Assembly: GCF_001194135.2 (NCBI RefSeq)
Contig: NC_068984.1
Location: 127,000,344-127,064,343, forward strand
DNA: 64,000 nucleotides
Direction: 5' to 3'
Source of the DNA: Octopus bimaculoides
Lineage: Eukaryota
Each line of letters opens with the position of its first letter. Position 1 is the stretch's first letter. The notes under the pieces were generated by a model, which worked only from the letters and a program-made list of their open reading frames with translations, was not told the origin of the DNA and did not search any database. Position numbers and translations under genes: made by a program. Below, piece by piece: positions 63,210 through 64,000 of the stretch.

Positions 63210-64000
63210 GCTTCTTTCAGTATCCATCTACCAAATCCACTCATGAGGCTTTGGCTAGCCTGGAACAGTAATAAAAAACACTTGCCCAAGATATCACACA
63301 GTGGAACTGAAGTTGAAATCACATGGTTGAGAAGCAAACTTCATCACACAGCCATACCTGCACCTATAAATAAAGTGACATTTTATATCAGTCATATTTA
63401 TGGTCAATGCCAGAAGTGCTGAGTATGCAGGGAGTATCCATCTCTTTAGTTTCCAGCCTATCTAATTCCAGTCTTCCCTGACATCAACCTCACAGTCTTT
63501 GACATACCCCCAGTTTCTTAAACTTATTTTCATCACTTTTTAAAATGTATAACAGTTCTATATAGCAACGTATATCTCTCTTTTCACTTATTTTTTTCCT
63601 ATGTATAAAAAAAATTGCTTTTTCTTCAGTGTTTAACAGCAAATTTTTTTCTCCTTCTGTTTCCCCCTTTTTCTGACTGTACCCACTTTGACAGCCCTTT
63701 CATACCTGTTTTCTTTTTCCTTCCTTTGTTTATTACTTTCTCCAGATTCTATACATGTTACATAACTTCCAGACTTTTCACCAGTTTATGCATTTATTTT
63801 CTCATTATTTATACCATTTACTCACCAGTGTTTTCCTTAAAATCTATATTGCTCCTACCTTCCCTTTCACCTAACACACATACCAGCCACATCCTCTCCC
63901 CATCCTTTATACCTTCCTTTCACATACAATATGATTACACCTCCACACCATCCTTCTACATTATCCCATATCACTACACTCCCATACTTGTACACCTCCA

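Overview
Repeat-dense, AT-rich animal genomic DNA with about 12 N-gaps, mostly at microsatellites. The repeat inventory looks like an octopus or other coleoid cephalopod genome; this is inferred from the SINE/LINE families and not checked by search. Only one host coding exon is supportable: a 160-nt internal exon (42775-42934, + strand) of an SLC2A13/HMIT-like proton:myo-inositol cotransporter. No other exon of that gene is visible, so most of the window is probably very large intron. The rest is microsatellites, several tRNA-derived SINE families (three young copies keep 14-19 bp TSDs), decayed RTE, CR1, R4/Dong and Gypsy retroelements, mariner and DD37D transposase remnants, and Tc2-, hAT- and piggyBac-type MITEs. 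Almost all ORFs in the supplied track are microsatellite artefacts. The best leads are: (1) a (TAA)n-targeting R4/Dong-type retroelement with an apparent fixed-length ~0.54 kb non-autonomous partner; (2) a minimal, dimer-type hammerhead ribozyme motif in a Penelope-like fragment, with a sister copy ending at the predicted cleavage site; (3) an exon-intron hairpin over the exon's 5' splice site that resembles an ADAR editing-complementary sequence; (4) several intronic fold-back structures. Coordinates of decayed repeats are approximate.
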